Notes under the pieces: generated by a model
Told to the model about the DNA's origin: nothing
What the model saw: the letters and a program-made list of their open reading frames with translations, nothing else
Databases searched by the model: none
Shown here: piece after piece, positions 12,961 to 26,897 of the stretch
Layout: every line of letters starts with the position of its first letter
Position numbering within the stretch: the first letter of the stretch is position 1
Made by a program: the position numbers and the translations under genes
NCBI GenBank assembly: GCA_000320545.1
Contig: ADNK01002379.1
Coordinates: forward strand, 1 to 64,000
Length of the DNA: 64,000 nt
Source of the DNA: Bigelowiella natans CCMP2755
Lineage: Eukaryota > Protista > Cercozoa
Direction: 5' to 3'

Positions 12961-14496
12961 AAAGGAGAGTCGGTTTTGGATTGGGCAAAGGAATCGGGCA
13001 ATCGGGATTTAGTGAAACATTTGAAAAAGCACATCGCCCTTCACAAAGGTGATGAGGATTTGCTAAATAAAACGGAGCCGTGGATCAGAACTGGAAGAAA
13101 AGAAGATGGAGTAACATCATACGTTGAGTATCATGGGGAGAAATGTCCTAAATCTGCTTCTCTTTTTGGAAAGTATCACAAGGGACAAAATTTCCGTGAT
13201 CTTGGATTCCAAATTTGCAAAAATGGCAAAGTCAAATTCTTGGGATCGACCAGACGTTGCATTGATCGCTATTCCTTCCATGTGAAGGATGAAAAGGTCT
13301 ACCTACTGATAAACTGGGTGAAACCAAGTTGGGGCAAAGGAACCGGCAAAACAACGCTCATGTTTCATATTAAGAACGGCCACAGACTTGCGCTTGAGTA
13401 CGACGGCGACTGTCTATTTTCAGGCATGGCTGAGCGAGCTATAAGTCCCAGGCTTGATCCTTGGGGTAAACCAACTAAAGCTCCCAAAGATTTGATGAAA
13501 TTAATCGAAGATATCAAAGTAGAAATCGAAACAACTAAATTGGAAAACTCTAAGGGAGCTCGAAACAACTTGGAGGAAAAGCATAGGAGATTTGAAATTG
13601 AAAATCGAAATGACCAAATTGGAAAATCCGAAAGGAGCTCGAAAGAAATTGGAGGAAAACCTTACGGCGTGGCGATCACCGAGACTCCTTGGAAAGGTGA
13701 TGACAACTGGTGGATGTTTGAAGAGAAACAAGTAACAAAATCAAGAAAGTTGGGTGAAGGAAATTTTGGAGAAGCTTGGAAAGGAAGTTTAGCACACAAG
13801 GGTGGTGGAAAAACTGAAGTAGCCATCAAAATTCCAAAGGACAATGTCAATGAAAATGATGCTTCCAAGGAGGCCAGAGCGTTGATGAACATCGGGCAAC
13901 ATGAAAACATTGTGGGGTTCCTAGGCCTAGTAAACATGGGGGGCAAGCCTTGCTTTCTGCTCGAGTTTTGCTCCGGTGGCGATGTGGAGAGCATCATTCG
14001 TAAACGTCCTAAAAGTTTCACAAAAGATGCGAGTTTCGAAAGCTGTTCAGTGAAGTGAGCGGAGGATTGGCTCATCTTCACAACAGAGACATCGTCCACA
14101 GAGACATCGCTGCTCGAAATATACTTTTGAGGGGAGATGGAACGGCCGTTCTGTCCGATTATGGTCTGGCAAGACTCACGAAAAAAGGCAAATCAGGTGA
14201 TGATTATTACCGAGCGGCAATTTTAAACACAGCTTGGCGTTGGACTGCACCTGAATCGTTGAGTGAACAAAAATTTACCAAAGCATCGGACATTTACATG
14301 CTAGGAGTCACCATGTGGGAGGTGTTCAATGGCAAAAAACCGCACTCCGATGTGACCAACATCTGGAAAGCCATTTCTGAGATCGTAGATGGGAAAAGGT
14401 TTCTGAAATCTCAAAATGGCATCATGGAAAAATGTTTGCGGTTCGATCCCAAAGGGCGCCCTTCAGCCATCGAAGTGATGACCCATCTGACTCCAT

Positions 14497-14562
14497 CGTC
14501 GTATCTAGGCTGTGTCGTCCACAGAAACGCGTCGTATCTAGGCTGTGTCGTCCACAGAAACG
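14497..14562 (+). repeat. 33-bp perfect tandem duplication at the kinase C-terminus
   Basis: cgtcgtatctaggctgtgtcgtccacagaaacg x2 (SYLGCVVHRN twice). Confidence 0.95.
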
Positions 14563-15165
14563 ACAACGACTAATTTTTGTCAATGTCATGTGCGTGTGCA
14601 TGCGTTTTGCATGCTCACAATCACGGCCTTTCATTTAGATTTAGATTGGACAAGTAATTACAGACACGTAATATCAAAAATATATTATATATGCTACTTA
14701 TTATAGACACGTAATATCATGTATGTATATATGCATATGTACATATTATACATGCTAGCATGCTATTAATATGTCTATTACACAGCTAGACAGTGACAGT
14801 TCATCACATGCATGTTGCATGTGTGATGCACACGTGAGATGTCACGTGTGACCATCACAAATGTCCTCCTTCCGAGACATTCAAAACACAGTCATGCATG
14901 TTGTCGTAGACAAACAACATTGCATGTGCCGTGAGACATGACTCATGTCCAATGTTTAGGGTTGTCCACCATGCTAGCATGTTGCATCGCTGCGCATGAT
15001 GCGATTGGCGGCAATGATGCATGCGCAATGTTTGAGTTTTTGTTCTGGCGCGCGCTACACGGCTGGACGGGGGCGGGGGTGCTGAGCTGGCAGCAGTGGC
15101 ATTTGCGCATGCGAAGCGCATTGCGCGTGGCGAACGAACAAAACACAATGGTGACACATGCATGG

Positions 15166-15345
15166 GCATGCTACCACATGCGAGGCATTGGCGGACAATG
15201 GACATAGTGTTTGTACATGACACATGTTGTTACTACATGTGTGCATTGTGTACATCATGCATGCATTGTCCACATAGTCACAATGACTATTGTAATGGTG
15301 ATGCATGCTACCACATGCGAGGAATGGCGAACAATGGACACAGTG
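15166..15345. repeat. Imperfect ~44-bp direct repeat in an intergenic island
   Basis: gcatgctaccacatgcgaggcattggcggacaatggacatagtg (15166) vs gcatgctaccacatgcgaggaatggcgaacaatggacacagtg (15303). Confidence 0.85.
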
Positions 15346-15631
15346 CACATCACATGTCTAGCTAGATGTTACTAGATTACATATGCATCATGTACATCAT
15401 ACATATATTATATTGTCCACAAAGTACATGTAGTTACTGCGCCTATTATGCGAGCGCAGAGAACACTTTAGCACTGTATGTAACTGCTAGACTGCTGCGT
15501 GCATGCGTGCGCACACATGCATGCGTAAGTGCGTTGCATTGCACTAACATGCTTTAGTGATTTGAAATGAGATTCCGCCCTGCCCTTCTTGCATGAGATG
15601 GCTCATATCTAGCGGCCTCGTTGTACGATGA

Positions 15632-17358
15632 TTAGGCTGTCTTTCCCTCCTCCTTCTTCCCCTCTTCCTTCTTCCCCTCTTCCTTCTTTCCCTCTTCCTT
15701 CTTTCCCCCCTCCTCCTTCGCTTCGTCGGCAGTTTTCTCTGCAGCCGGCGCGTCTCCTTCCTCAAGCTCCTCGATCTTCTTTTTGCTTGGAGTCGCGTGA
15801 TCAGGTTTTACAAGACCGACGACCGAACCCCGTTTTGTCAGCCTCCCTTTCTTCTCGGTAGCAGACCCGAACCGAGCCATGCGTATGGTGTTGTGGAGTG
15901 AGGGGAAGGCGCACCTATGAGCGCAGAAGATTACGACTTGATCCTCCATGGAATCACCGAACACCTATGGCAATTGACAAGGAAAGTGAAATTAGGCACA
16001 GATGGTCATCATGATGATGATGATGATGATTCCAAGTAATCCAATTTCACTGCAACCAACGACTAGCGAAGGAGAATTCACAGAATCTATTGAATAAATG
16101 CATGATAATTCGAATTAGCTCCGAGTCTTCTAGGCTCGATAGTAATCGTTCCAGGTTTCGTTTGATACCCTCCTGCCCCCCCCCCGCCCTGAATATATCC
16201 TCCTCATCGTCTTTACCTGAAGGACTCTCGATTCGATGGCAGAGAGAAAACTATCCGAATCCTTCCAATTCTCATCCTGTTGCGAACACGAATGCTCAAC
16301 TAACTGCCTGCCCTCTGTGCTCATCAAGAAACAAGAAACTAATGATCCCGTGATTATGATAGCATTGGGGGACGCTTGGCACGCGGAGAAGACGACATTG
16401 TAAGATAGGACATCATCGCTTCCCCTCCTTAAACACTATAAATAGTACAACTACTGCAACGACTGATCTGACCTCCTCTAGAAGAACAGCATGGCATCCA
16501 TAGAGTACCTGTTTCAAAACATTATTCATCATCATCATCAACAACAAGCACATTCTGACGAACTTCGTATGGCACGCGTGAGCTGCTAAAATATAAGGTG
16601 CATCATCACCATCATCATCTTCATCATCGTAATTCATATTCTCCTCCTCCCTACCCATCTCTCACCGAAACAAGACTGTAGATCTTCTGATCATGCGTGA
16701 CGATAATGATGGGGCAGGCCGGCCGCTGCTTAGAGATGAAGCTGGAAAGTGACGAGAGAAGGAGGAGGAGGACGAATAGTTAATACACGTGAACCCATGG
16801 CAACACGCGTTCGTTTACGAAGAAACCATTAGTAGAAGACTGTCGCTTGTGCTACTTGTTCTATTGTCAAGAAACGTGCCAATTCGCTTGAAATATGTGC
16901 TTATTTATAGGATTCTACTACATATGATTTGCTGATTACCACTGCTGCCACTGCTCTACAACAACTACAACTACTACTGCTGCTACTGCTACTACTTCTA
17001 CTACCAAGCCATTTCGTAGGACATGCAGAAGAAGATGATGGCATCTGTATAAACGGGGGCACGCGTAAAGCACACAAGCAACACAGGCGGATTGTGAGTA
17101 AATATATGTGCGTGCGCGCGCGCGTGTGTGTGTAAGAGAGAGAGAGAGCGAGAGAGAGGCTACAACAGCACAAAAGCTACGTCTAGAATCTACGACCAGT
17201 CTCCCCCCCTTCCTTTCACACAAGCTGCTTCTTACTCGCACTGGTGATGTTCGCAGCGGTCACGGCACTGTGAGCCATAGCATAGCGGAATCGCACCTAC
17301 AAAGAGGGAGGCCGGGTGCTAGTAAGTGGGGACGTACACTACACATATATATACATAT

Positions 17359-17408
<50 letters not shown>

Positions 17409-17754
17409 AGATGGAAGTGCGACTTGTTGCTACTGCTACTACTCGAGCTACTCTTACCATTCCTTCTACGTTTGGTGGGGTTTGGACCGGCGATCGCCTA
17501 TACATCTTGGCAATGTCGCGGACGGAGGCCTGTTATTGGGGAAGAGGACGGCAACCAACGCGATGCGCGTGTGAGTCTCAAGTGACGGTGATGCAGGCTT
17601 GGCAATGCTCTGATATATGTCACTTTTTATTTGGTATGTGGCCCTGCGGTAGTATCTATTACCTCGGCTTCCAGGCAAATTTCCCCCATCATATTGACGG
17701 TCTCGACTGGGTATTTGCCGATCTTGGTGTGCCAAAAGCATGCGTGATATGAAT

Positions 17755-17793
<39 letters not shown>

Positions 17794-18222
17794 TATAATA
17801 TACATATATAATTCAATCCGACAATATGATCTTTGTGTTAGTGTCCCATTATACGAACATGGGTTACGATTGATATACCGAAGACTCGCCAGAGAGCATG
17901 ACCGCATCCTGAAACGAATAGAGAGGCACATCTCAATACACCCGCTGTTTCAAGATTATGAGGCCCACGAAACACACCGATGAATTCGTTTCTCTGGAGC
18001 GGTTTGAGGGACAAAGTCACCGACAGGTGATCAGTGCCGTCATCACGACTTCAACGATTCTTTTGAAGTCATGTTTTGCCGCATGTGTTTGTTGTTGTCA
18101 TTATCGTCATTATTATTATTATTATTATTATTACCGTTCCATCGAAGCATGCGTTCGCCACGTCGGATACTTCTGCACGGGTGGGAGCTGCGGCGTTTGT
18201 CATAGACCTTACAGAACAGAAC

Positions 18223-18255
<33 letters not shown>

Positions 18256-18806
18256 GATCATCAAAATAATCCCCATTGCGAAGCTATCTAAATTCTGCAT
18301 GCCATTTTTCGATCGAGCTCCCCCCGCCCCCATCCCCCTCTACTAGTGTTTGCGTTGTTACTCAAGCATCTGTGTAGCCGTGATGACCGACTTCCGACTT
18401 TGGTTTGCCTGTGAAAGAGACAAGAAGTGTGAAAATAAATAAATGGCCGAATGTGTTTGATGTGTATTTTATTTTAAAGGGATTAGGGAGATCAAGAAAA
18501 CAGAACAATATCCGTCTTTATATTGTATCGTGTATGTGTCCACAGCAAAGCAGTATTAGCAGCGTAAATCAAATGCAAAATCACTCTGAGAAATCAGCAT
18601 ATTAGCTTTAGACTCGCTTGTATGCGCGTTCCCCTCTCGTAACGTAACAACTACCTTGCGGATAAGGAGTTTCTGGTAGGACGGGAGCTTTTGGAGAGAG
18701 CACTCCACTCCGAGATCTCCACGAGCCACCATGATTCCATCGGTTTCCTATGATGCGCCATTCACACACAATACGTAAAGCTGAGCTCATGCATTCCTTT
18801 TACACA

Positions 18807-18846
<40 letters not shown>

Positions 18847-19688
18847 TATTCGTCTGCGACCTCAAGAATACTATCAATGGCTTCCAGAGCTTGGGGTTTC
18901 TCGATCTTGGAGATGATCTGATGCCAGAGAACACGTGCGTGGAACAAATGAGGAGGAGGGGAACAATCCATGGTTTTGAAGTAAACACGAGTCATCCCCG
19001 ACACACGCACAACCTCATCACCCGCGATCAGGAAATGACACACAGAATACGCAGTGATAGCACGATCAGACCTTTGGCATGATGGCGTCCTCAGGCAACG
19101 AGGCTTCCATAAGCAGTTTCAAATCTACAATGTCCTGCGCTCGTTGAACGAAACTTTTGAGAGGGCCAGACGAGAGAAAGAAAGAAAGAAGGAAGGGAGG
19201 GGGGGAGGAGACGGCGAAGCAGAGAAAAAGGAGGAGGCGGAGGACCACATTAGACTCTAATCATTTTTCATTAGGATCTGTGAGCATCATCGATGATAGA
19301 CAAGATGCAGCAGGATAACTCACCTCAGTGCCATAAAGTCTGCGATCTCTTTTGAGCAAATGTACTTGACGTCAGCCTAATTCATGATGTTATGCAATCA
19401 AATCACCTTTAACCCGCTTCATAACAGGTCAAACTGCTGCCCCTTTCCTTTGTATCCTTCACGATGTGCATGACACTCTTGTGCGGTTTTACGCATTGTC
19501 ATCATCATCATCATCATCGTCATCGTCACCACGATCCGCACCTTATCTTTCTTTGTGAGAGCAGGAAGGGGAACCTCAAGCTCAGGGGTATTAATCCCCT
19601 TTCTCTCGGATACTATTCCCCCGATTAGAACCTTGGGATGGGTGACGAGTAAATCAAAAAGAGGCGGAGGATGGCTAATGATCACTTC

Positions 19689-19736
<48 letters not shown>

Positions 19737-19959
19737 GCTGCGTATTCATACTGTCAATTTTTTTTTGCGTGTTACACATTCACGAGAAAAGGGTCTTTTC
19801 TTACCTCGCATTCAAGCTCTTCGGAGGACAGTCTTTTGACAACCTGGAGATAATAATACAGCTGTTAGAAGCTTCTCACTTATGTGCTTTGCCGCTTTCA
19901 TATCGCTGAGCCTCCTCCCGCGACCACGCGCGCGGACAACTGCGTGCGCACATATAAAA

Positions 19960-20033
<74 letters not shown>

Positions 20034-20214
20034 GTATATATTCTGAATGTGCATCATTCTCGAAAACCTTTAGGACGACAGCGCCATCGTTGATTAGCAC
20101 CCTGTGGCCAACCTGCTCATTGGATATGCAGCATTGCGTATTTTTAATCCAGAAAGCATTTCTATTGACTCCGCGTTCACATTAGTATCGCGTGTGCACA
20201 TGTGCACGTGCCTT

Positions 20215-20275
<61 letters not shown>

Positions 20276-20662
20276 ATGCATTGAATGTAAGTTTACCGCT
20301 AGTTTTCGCACGCAAACGTGGGCATCAGGAGTTCCCGTGGTTATGGTCTGCAAAGTCGTCACTATCATTATACAGAGACGAAGGCCAAAAAGAGCGAGGT
20401 TTTACATTAGCGTTCCCAATTTTCTGATGTTCGCCAGTAACCTGAGAGTTTTGAATATCCAGCGGAAAGATGAGTTGAGATAACGTGAGATTCTTTCATT
20501 CTCTTTGGGTCTCCATACTCACCCAGGGTTCCATTTTCTCACCCAGCCGTGCTCACTCTAACTAATTCAATTAAGGCATGCTCTCACCAGTTTGATTATT
20601 TGCCCTTTCTTGATTTCGATAGGTTTATGATCTTCCAATTCACCGGTACGGAATTTTGGCCC

Positions 20663-20703
<41 letters not shown>

Positions 20704-21294
20704 TGCTCAGGCTTGCAGGTTCCGCGCTTCCACAATCAATAAGATGACCTGTAGGTCGCAGAGAATAGCTGGGCGATACATCGTATCCTTGAGTTCCTAA
20801 AGTGAAACTTTGATCATGCAACGAAATCTCACACCCCTCGCTGTAGTAGGCGTATATATTTACATGAATATCCTCTGCGGTACCTCTTTCATCTTCTTGA
20901 TGTCCTCAATCACAGGTTCCTATTTAACCATTCAAACGAGGATTTTAAAATATAAATTACTTTAAACGTGCGCAACCGATAGCGCCACCCAGGTATTATT
21001 GTTGGATTTGCAAATACCATGTTTGAGTAATCGGGCTTGGAGTGAGAGAAGTTGAGGCGAAACACGTTGACTCCGGCCTTTTTTCACGGCGATATCAAAT
21101 AAGCGCAACCCCTAAAGAAGAATCAAATCTGAAGTGTAGTTCACCTTGGCAAGCTTGCATAGCATCTCGAAGCTATTAGAAGCTGGTCCGAGAGTCGCAA
21201 CAATCTTCGTCTGTCGCTTTAAGTGTTGGGGGAAGCTCGGGGTCTTCAGGTCGAAGTTGAGACGAGCTGTTCGAGGCGTTGTGGCTGCTTTCAT
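15632..21294 (-). CDS. PYK: Pyruvate kinase, multi-exon; additional 5' exons possible
   Basis: Exons give RQTKIVATLGPAS, AGVNVFRLNFSH, PAILCDLQ|GPKFRTG, RKGINTP..LPALTKKDK, SFVQRAQDI, IISKIEKPQA, IMVARGDLGVE, VITATQMLE|SMTNAAAPTRAEVSDVANACFDGT|DAVMLSGESS|IGKYPVETV. Ends in a charged (GKKEE)n tail with stop at 15632. Confidence 0.95.
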
Positions 21295-22271
21295 CTCGTC
21301 GGTCTTACTAGTCGGTTCGGCTTCAATTCAAATATGCCCTCGTGCTGGTTCTTAGCGCGATTCTAAAACTTTACAAATTTCGAAGTACGCACAAAAAAGG
21401 GATTCTATTCAGAAACGGCGATTGCAAACAGAGACGAAGGGATGCACGGGAGGGGTCCTCATTCAGATCATGCAAAGGAAATCTAGCCCAGAGGCAGTGC
21501 TCTTTATGAAAGTCAGTGAGGGCACAGAAAGACTACAAAGCGCTGCTTGGGCTCTGCCCGGGACCTCAAAACTCTGTTGAGAATTAGTTTCAGATCTAAA
21601 GCTAAGCTTTAGTGTTCACTGGATGATATGAAACGCTTGTCTAAAATTTAAAATCCGCGCTACGATTTTTCCACGTGCCAAAATCCCAGGCCGTCTGCTT
21701 TAATTTAGCTGAACCGAAGAATTGGGTATTTTCAGAAAGTCCTTTGCAGACCTTGTGTTAGTCGTTTCAAGCGTGCGTGTTCAGTCAGTCAGTGTTATAG
21801 GAGCTCCTCGATAAGGGAATTTTAATTTGAGCGACTGCATTTATGCAAGAAATAATTATTAAAAACCAGACCATCTCCCTGCGAAAAGAACCAAGATTTT
21901 GGAGCACATCATCTCACTTGTCGATGTAGATTTGGCGCGATATGGAATCCTCCTTGTCCTCAGCGATCAGTTCTCAGCCCATGTAACTTCCGGGATTAGA
22001 CTGCGAATTAAGAAATTACAACTTGTTCAATCCTAAGCGACAAATATGGCATTAAGAAACGATTCGGATTTAGAAAAATCACCTCATCTTTATACTGACG
22101 ACAACATTAATTCACAGTCGAAAGTCACCTTTTATGATTCAGCGAGCATGCGAGAAACCTAACATTGCAGACACATCTTTGATCACTTTTATTTACATCT
22201 GAGACAAGACAATCACTCAGTCTTTGAATAGAAAAGAATGTCATTTTACCAATAGTCATATACCTGAATGT

Positions 22272-22312
22272 GTTAGGGTTAAGACATTACCTGGGCGCCA
22301 TCAAACCGAAAC

Positions 22313-22326
<14 letters not shown>
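22272..22326. promoter_or_regulatory. Inverted pair of telomere-like (telo-box-like) motifs bracketing the centrin start codon
   Basis: gttagggtta (22272-22281) and taaccctaac (22317-22326) are exact reverse complements. Another ccctaacccctaac lies near 22757 in an intron. Confidence 0.4.
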
Positions 22327-23227
<901 letters not shown>

Positions 23228-23454
23228 TAAATGTATGAGTGGAGGTTGCTGTCCTATCGATTGTTACTATGTTTGAATCTGTTAGCCAATGGCTATACAG
23301 GAAATGTGCTCACCACCACTAGGATTAAGATCTCCTGGTGGAAACCTCCCAGTATGTATGCATCAAGGTTGTCGTTAATGTTAATCGCCACTGATCTTCT
23401 GGGTCATAGGCTTGGCGAACAGGCTGCGCACACCGTTATTTATATCCTATGTGC

Positions 23455-23493
<39 letters not shown>

Positions 23494-23639
23494 ATACATA
23501 TGTATTTATACATACATATATATAATTAAGAAATATGTACATTTATAGTGTGTATTGTACATTAATATTACGTACGCAGCCCTTCCGTGTAATGTATTCT
23601 CGATCTGATATATTGCCATGTAACATATGTGGCAAGAAC

Positions 23640-24170
23640 TGCTAGCTACCCTACATGCCTAGCTGCTAGCTAGCTAGCTAGGTGTAGGTGTATATATAAG
23701 CCCGAAATTCCGAAGCTAGCATCATTATTGCAGATGCATCTAGCTACTAGCTCTAGATAGATATTATAGATAGAAAGAGGCCTTCACCTAAATTGAGGGT
23801 CTATAAGCTAGTAAGGAAATACAAATTCCATTGCGGTTGCGAAGTTCGCATGGCATTTATTATTCATTACGATCACACGCATATCCGAATGATAGTCGAA
23901 CATCTTGTTCGCAACTACCACAGAGTGCTAGAGTGGATCGATAGGGTGCATCGCTATATGCGTGCGTTGCGCAAGTACGTAGTTGCAGTGCTGGCTAGCC
24001 AGGCTAGCTAGCACTAGTGCAGGCTAGCAGGGCCTTCATCTATACATCGTATCGCTGCACATCCAGTTTAGCAGTGAATACACGCATATTTGTCTAAGTG
24101 TGCTGGCTAGCTGGTATGGCTTGTGATGCATTTGCTCGGCGCAAGCTTACTTCTGCTACATTCTAGCACA
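23640..24170. other. CTAG-rich convergent intergenic island (centrin >< unknown gene)
   Basis: About 19 CTAG by eye in ~530 nt, including (GCTA)n runs. Confidence 0.8.
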
Positions 24171-24192
24171 TGTGACGGATGTAACTAATCAA

Positions 24193-24910
24193 TTAAATTT
24201 GTTCAATGGTCATCCTTATGTAGCTTTGCAATGCAGCGTGTGCGCTAGGATTCTCTTCTCTGTGCTTGCGAATAATGCTATGTGGTGCGTATGTAATATT
24301 TTCTAGTTTTGTCTCCGTGATCTGTATAGTGGAGGCACAGCAAATTCTATAAATATACACGACGTGATTACAAAACGGCACTCGAAACCAATCCAATCTC
24401 TATGTTTTCGATGATAATTAAGGTTGCATGTATGACTCCATCCACATGAGAGCATGCCGTCCACACCCGATCAGTAGTAGCTTTTCTTATTCACTTTGTG
24501 GAAGAAGTGGCTGAGTATACAAAACGCACCGCTCGAATTTAGAACAACACCGCCAGATAGTGGAAATATGTCTATTTGCTTTACTGTCACCCGCTGTCCT
24601 ATCCGTACTACGTGATTTGTTGACTTACGACCCGCACTCCATGCATTTGTAATACTCGATGTGGCCAGGATCCGGGGCGCGCGAGATGATGGCTGAATGA
24701 AGACAGTCAAGCAATTTGGAAGAAGCAAAAGGGGTGCGCATATGGAGGGTTGAGGAGAGAGAGGGGGGCTGGAGCTCAGAGCTACAACAAAACAGTACAA
24801 TCGGTTGAAGCAGAACGGCAGATTTACTTACTTTTCAGCATCTTCCGCACAACCTTGCATTCAGGACATTTCACTTTGTGGAAGGGCTTGTTGTCATTCT
24901 GCACACACCC

Positions 24911-24954
<44 letters not shown>

Positions 24955-24985
24955 CATGTTAGTATGCGAATACACAGACGCAGCA

Positions 24986-25019
<34 letters not shown>

Positions 25020-25021
25020 GG

Positions 25022-25066
<45 letters not shown>

Positions 25067-25459
25067 CAAAGCACACCGCGCGCAGTAACCAGACGTCGAT
25101 ATGCATTCATGATGTCACAAACTCTTATTAAAAATGCATCGAAGGATCCCCTCTCACAAGCTTCTGAGAGTCGTCGCTGAAGGTCACCAGTAACACTCGC
25201 AGATACTGCAATTTTGCTAAAATGCATGCTTCTAGCCTCTCCGCCTCTCGCTCTCTCGCCATCGTCCTACCTCAAGATCCATGTCGTAGACGAATGGATG
25301 TCGCGCTGCCACACCCTCGTTCCACCTTATTAGCAAGGAGAATACGGAAAATAAGTCACAGCGCATTATGTACGGTAACAACAACTACATGAAGCATTTT
25401 CCCGCCTCCTTGTTTGTGCGTATATATATGCCCCCCCCTTCTCTCTCTCTCTCTCTCCA

Positions 25460-25500
<41 letters not shown>

Positions 25501-26173
25501 GAATATTGAGCGCGCGCGCGTGTGTGTGTGTGTGTGTGTGGGTGTGGGTGTGTATGCGTTTGCTTGCGAGCTTCCTGATGCTTTGTGAAGTTAAGCACAT
25601 CACGAATGCGGCATGAAATTGTTAAAAAACGAACAAACGCTGGAAGCAAGGCACACTGCTCGCAGCTGCGGCGAGAAGCTTCGTTTCACCTTAGATGAGC
25701 GCGATGATCCTAAAAACACAACAAAGTACGACACAACTTCAAAATTCGTACGCGACCGGACATACATAAACTACAATGCCATGCAGATGGGCTATTCCGC
25801 AGCTGCTAGCTGTTGGAGAACTCATCATCCTTTCTGGCAAAAAGAAGCTATTTTAAGTGTTCGGATGCAGATTGTTTGTTTGTTTGTTTGTTTGTTGTTT
25901 CTGCCATGTTTCGCGACGTTGCAAGCTAAGCTCACCTCGGGTACTCCTGTAGGCATTTGCTGCCAACCGAAGCTCATAGTTGTCCTATTATCAGGATTGC
26001 TGATGTAGTACCTGCGAGGAGAGGGAGCACCGGTTCAAAATGAGCAGCGAGCAGCAACGAAGAGTGGGGATTTTCTCGTATCCTTTCACACATCCATTCG
26101 CATACCTATAGCTGCATTTCTTTCTCGGGCAAAACCAGGAGAATCTATACTCTCCACCTGTGAGAGACGATAC

Positions 26174-26213
<40 letters not shown>

Positions 26214-26718
26214 GAGAGAGACAAAGACAGAGGGCGAGAGGGAGAGAAAACGGATACGTGTTAAACACCATGATCATTATAACCCTTTACAGGGACGCTA
26301 TTTGATGTGTCGCGTACGGGTGGTATCGTTGCAGTGAATGTCCAGAATCAAGCCTGACAAGAACATGCAATATTCGTTTGCACGACAACAATTAGAGTCA
26401 CTCTTGAAGAAGACGAATGAGCGCTTGTTTAGGACAAAGGCGTTTTCTTTTCTAACCGTGGACGGGACACGCATGGAGCTTCGAGATCCCCGCTATACTC
26501 TTAGAGTAGTTGACCTGTCATCATTTCGGGATTATGGCATCAGGCTACCCACATCTTACTCCATTTGAAATGTTTTTGTAGGGCACATCCAATGCAGGAA
26601 ATATGGCATGGTTTCATACGCATCTAGGCATCGAATGATATCAAACGGATTATCCCCACATTTTCCCCTTAGCAACTTCTTTGCAAGTATACTTTCGCAG
26701 GGGCCGCATAGATCGGGT

Positions 26719-26756
<38 letters not shown>

Positions 26757-26860
26757 CAAAGCACAGGATACATGTACACGCAAAAGTGTAGCTTAATGAC
26801 CGTTTTTGTGAATCTCTTGTGCCATGCCTAACAACATCGTGAAGCGTTAATACACACACG

Positions 26861-26897
<37 letters not shown>

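Larger units (their letters stand above)
11919..14573 (+). pseudogene. Intronless ankyrin-repeat + tyrosine-kinase-type protein disrupted by two frameshifts and a nonsense codon
   Basis: About 8-9 ankyrin repeats (GNTPLIWA..GHTDTAKLLIEKGANLEAK). Kinase motifs: LGEGNFGEAWKG, VAIK, HRDIAARNILL, SDYGLAR, WRWTAPE. Lesions: extra G at 12548 (gcaaaGccttgag vs gcaaaccttgag in sister repeats), TAG at 12589-12591 where sister repeats have TGG/TGT, and a 1-nt loss near 14040 (restoring it gives FEKLFSEVSGGLAHLH). Confidence 0.88.

Noticed and set aside
13325-13360. P-loop-like GKGTGKTT in the ankyrin-kinase linker
   Set aside because: The spacing does not fit [AG]x4GK[ST], and no Walker B context is apparent.
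9900-15560. Autonomous transposon spanning the HNH/kinase cassette
   Set aside because: No transposase, RT or integrase, and no terminal repeats or target-site duplication found by eye.
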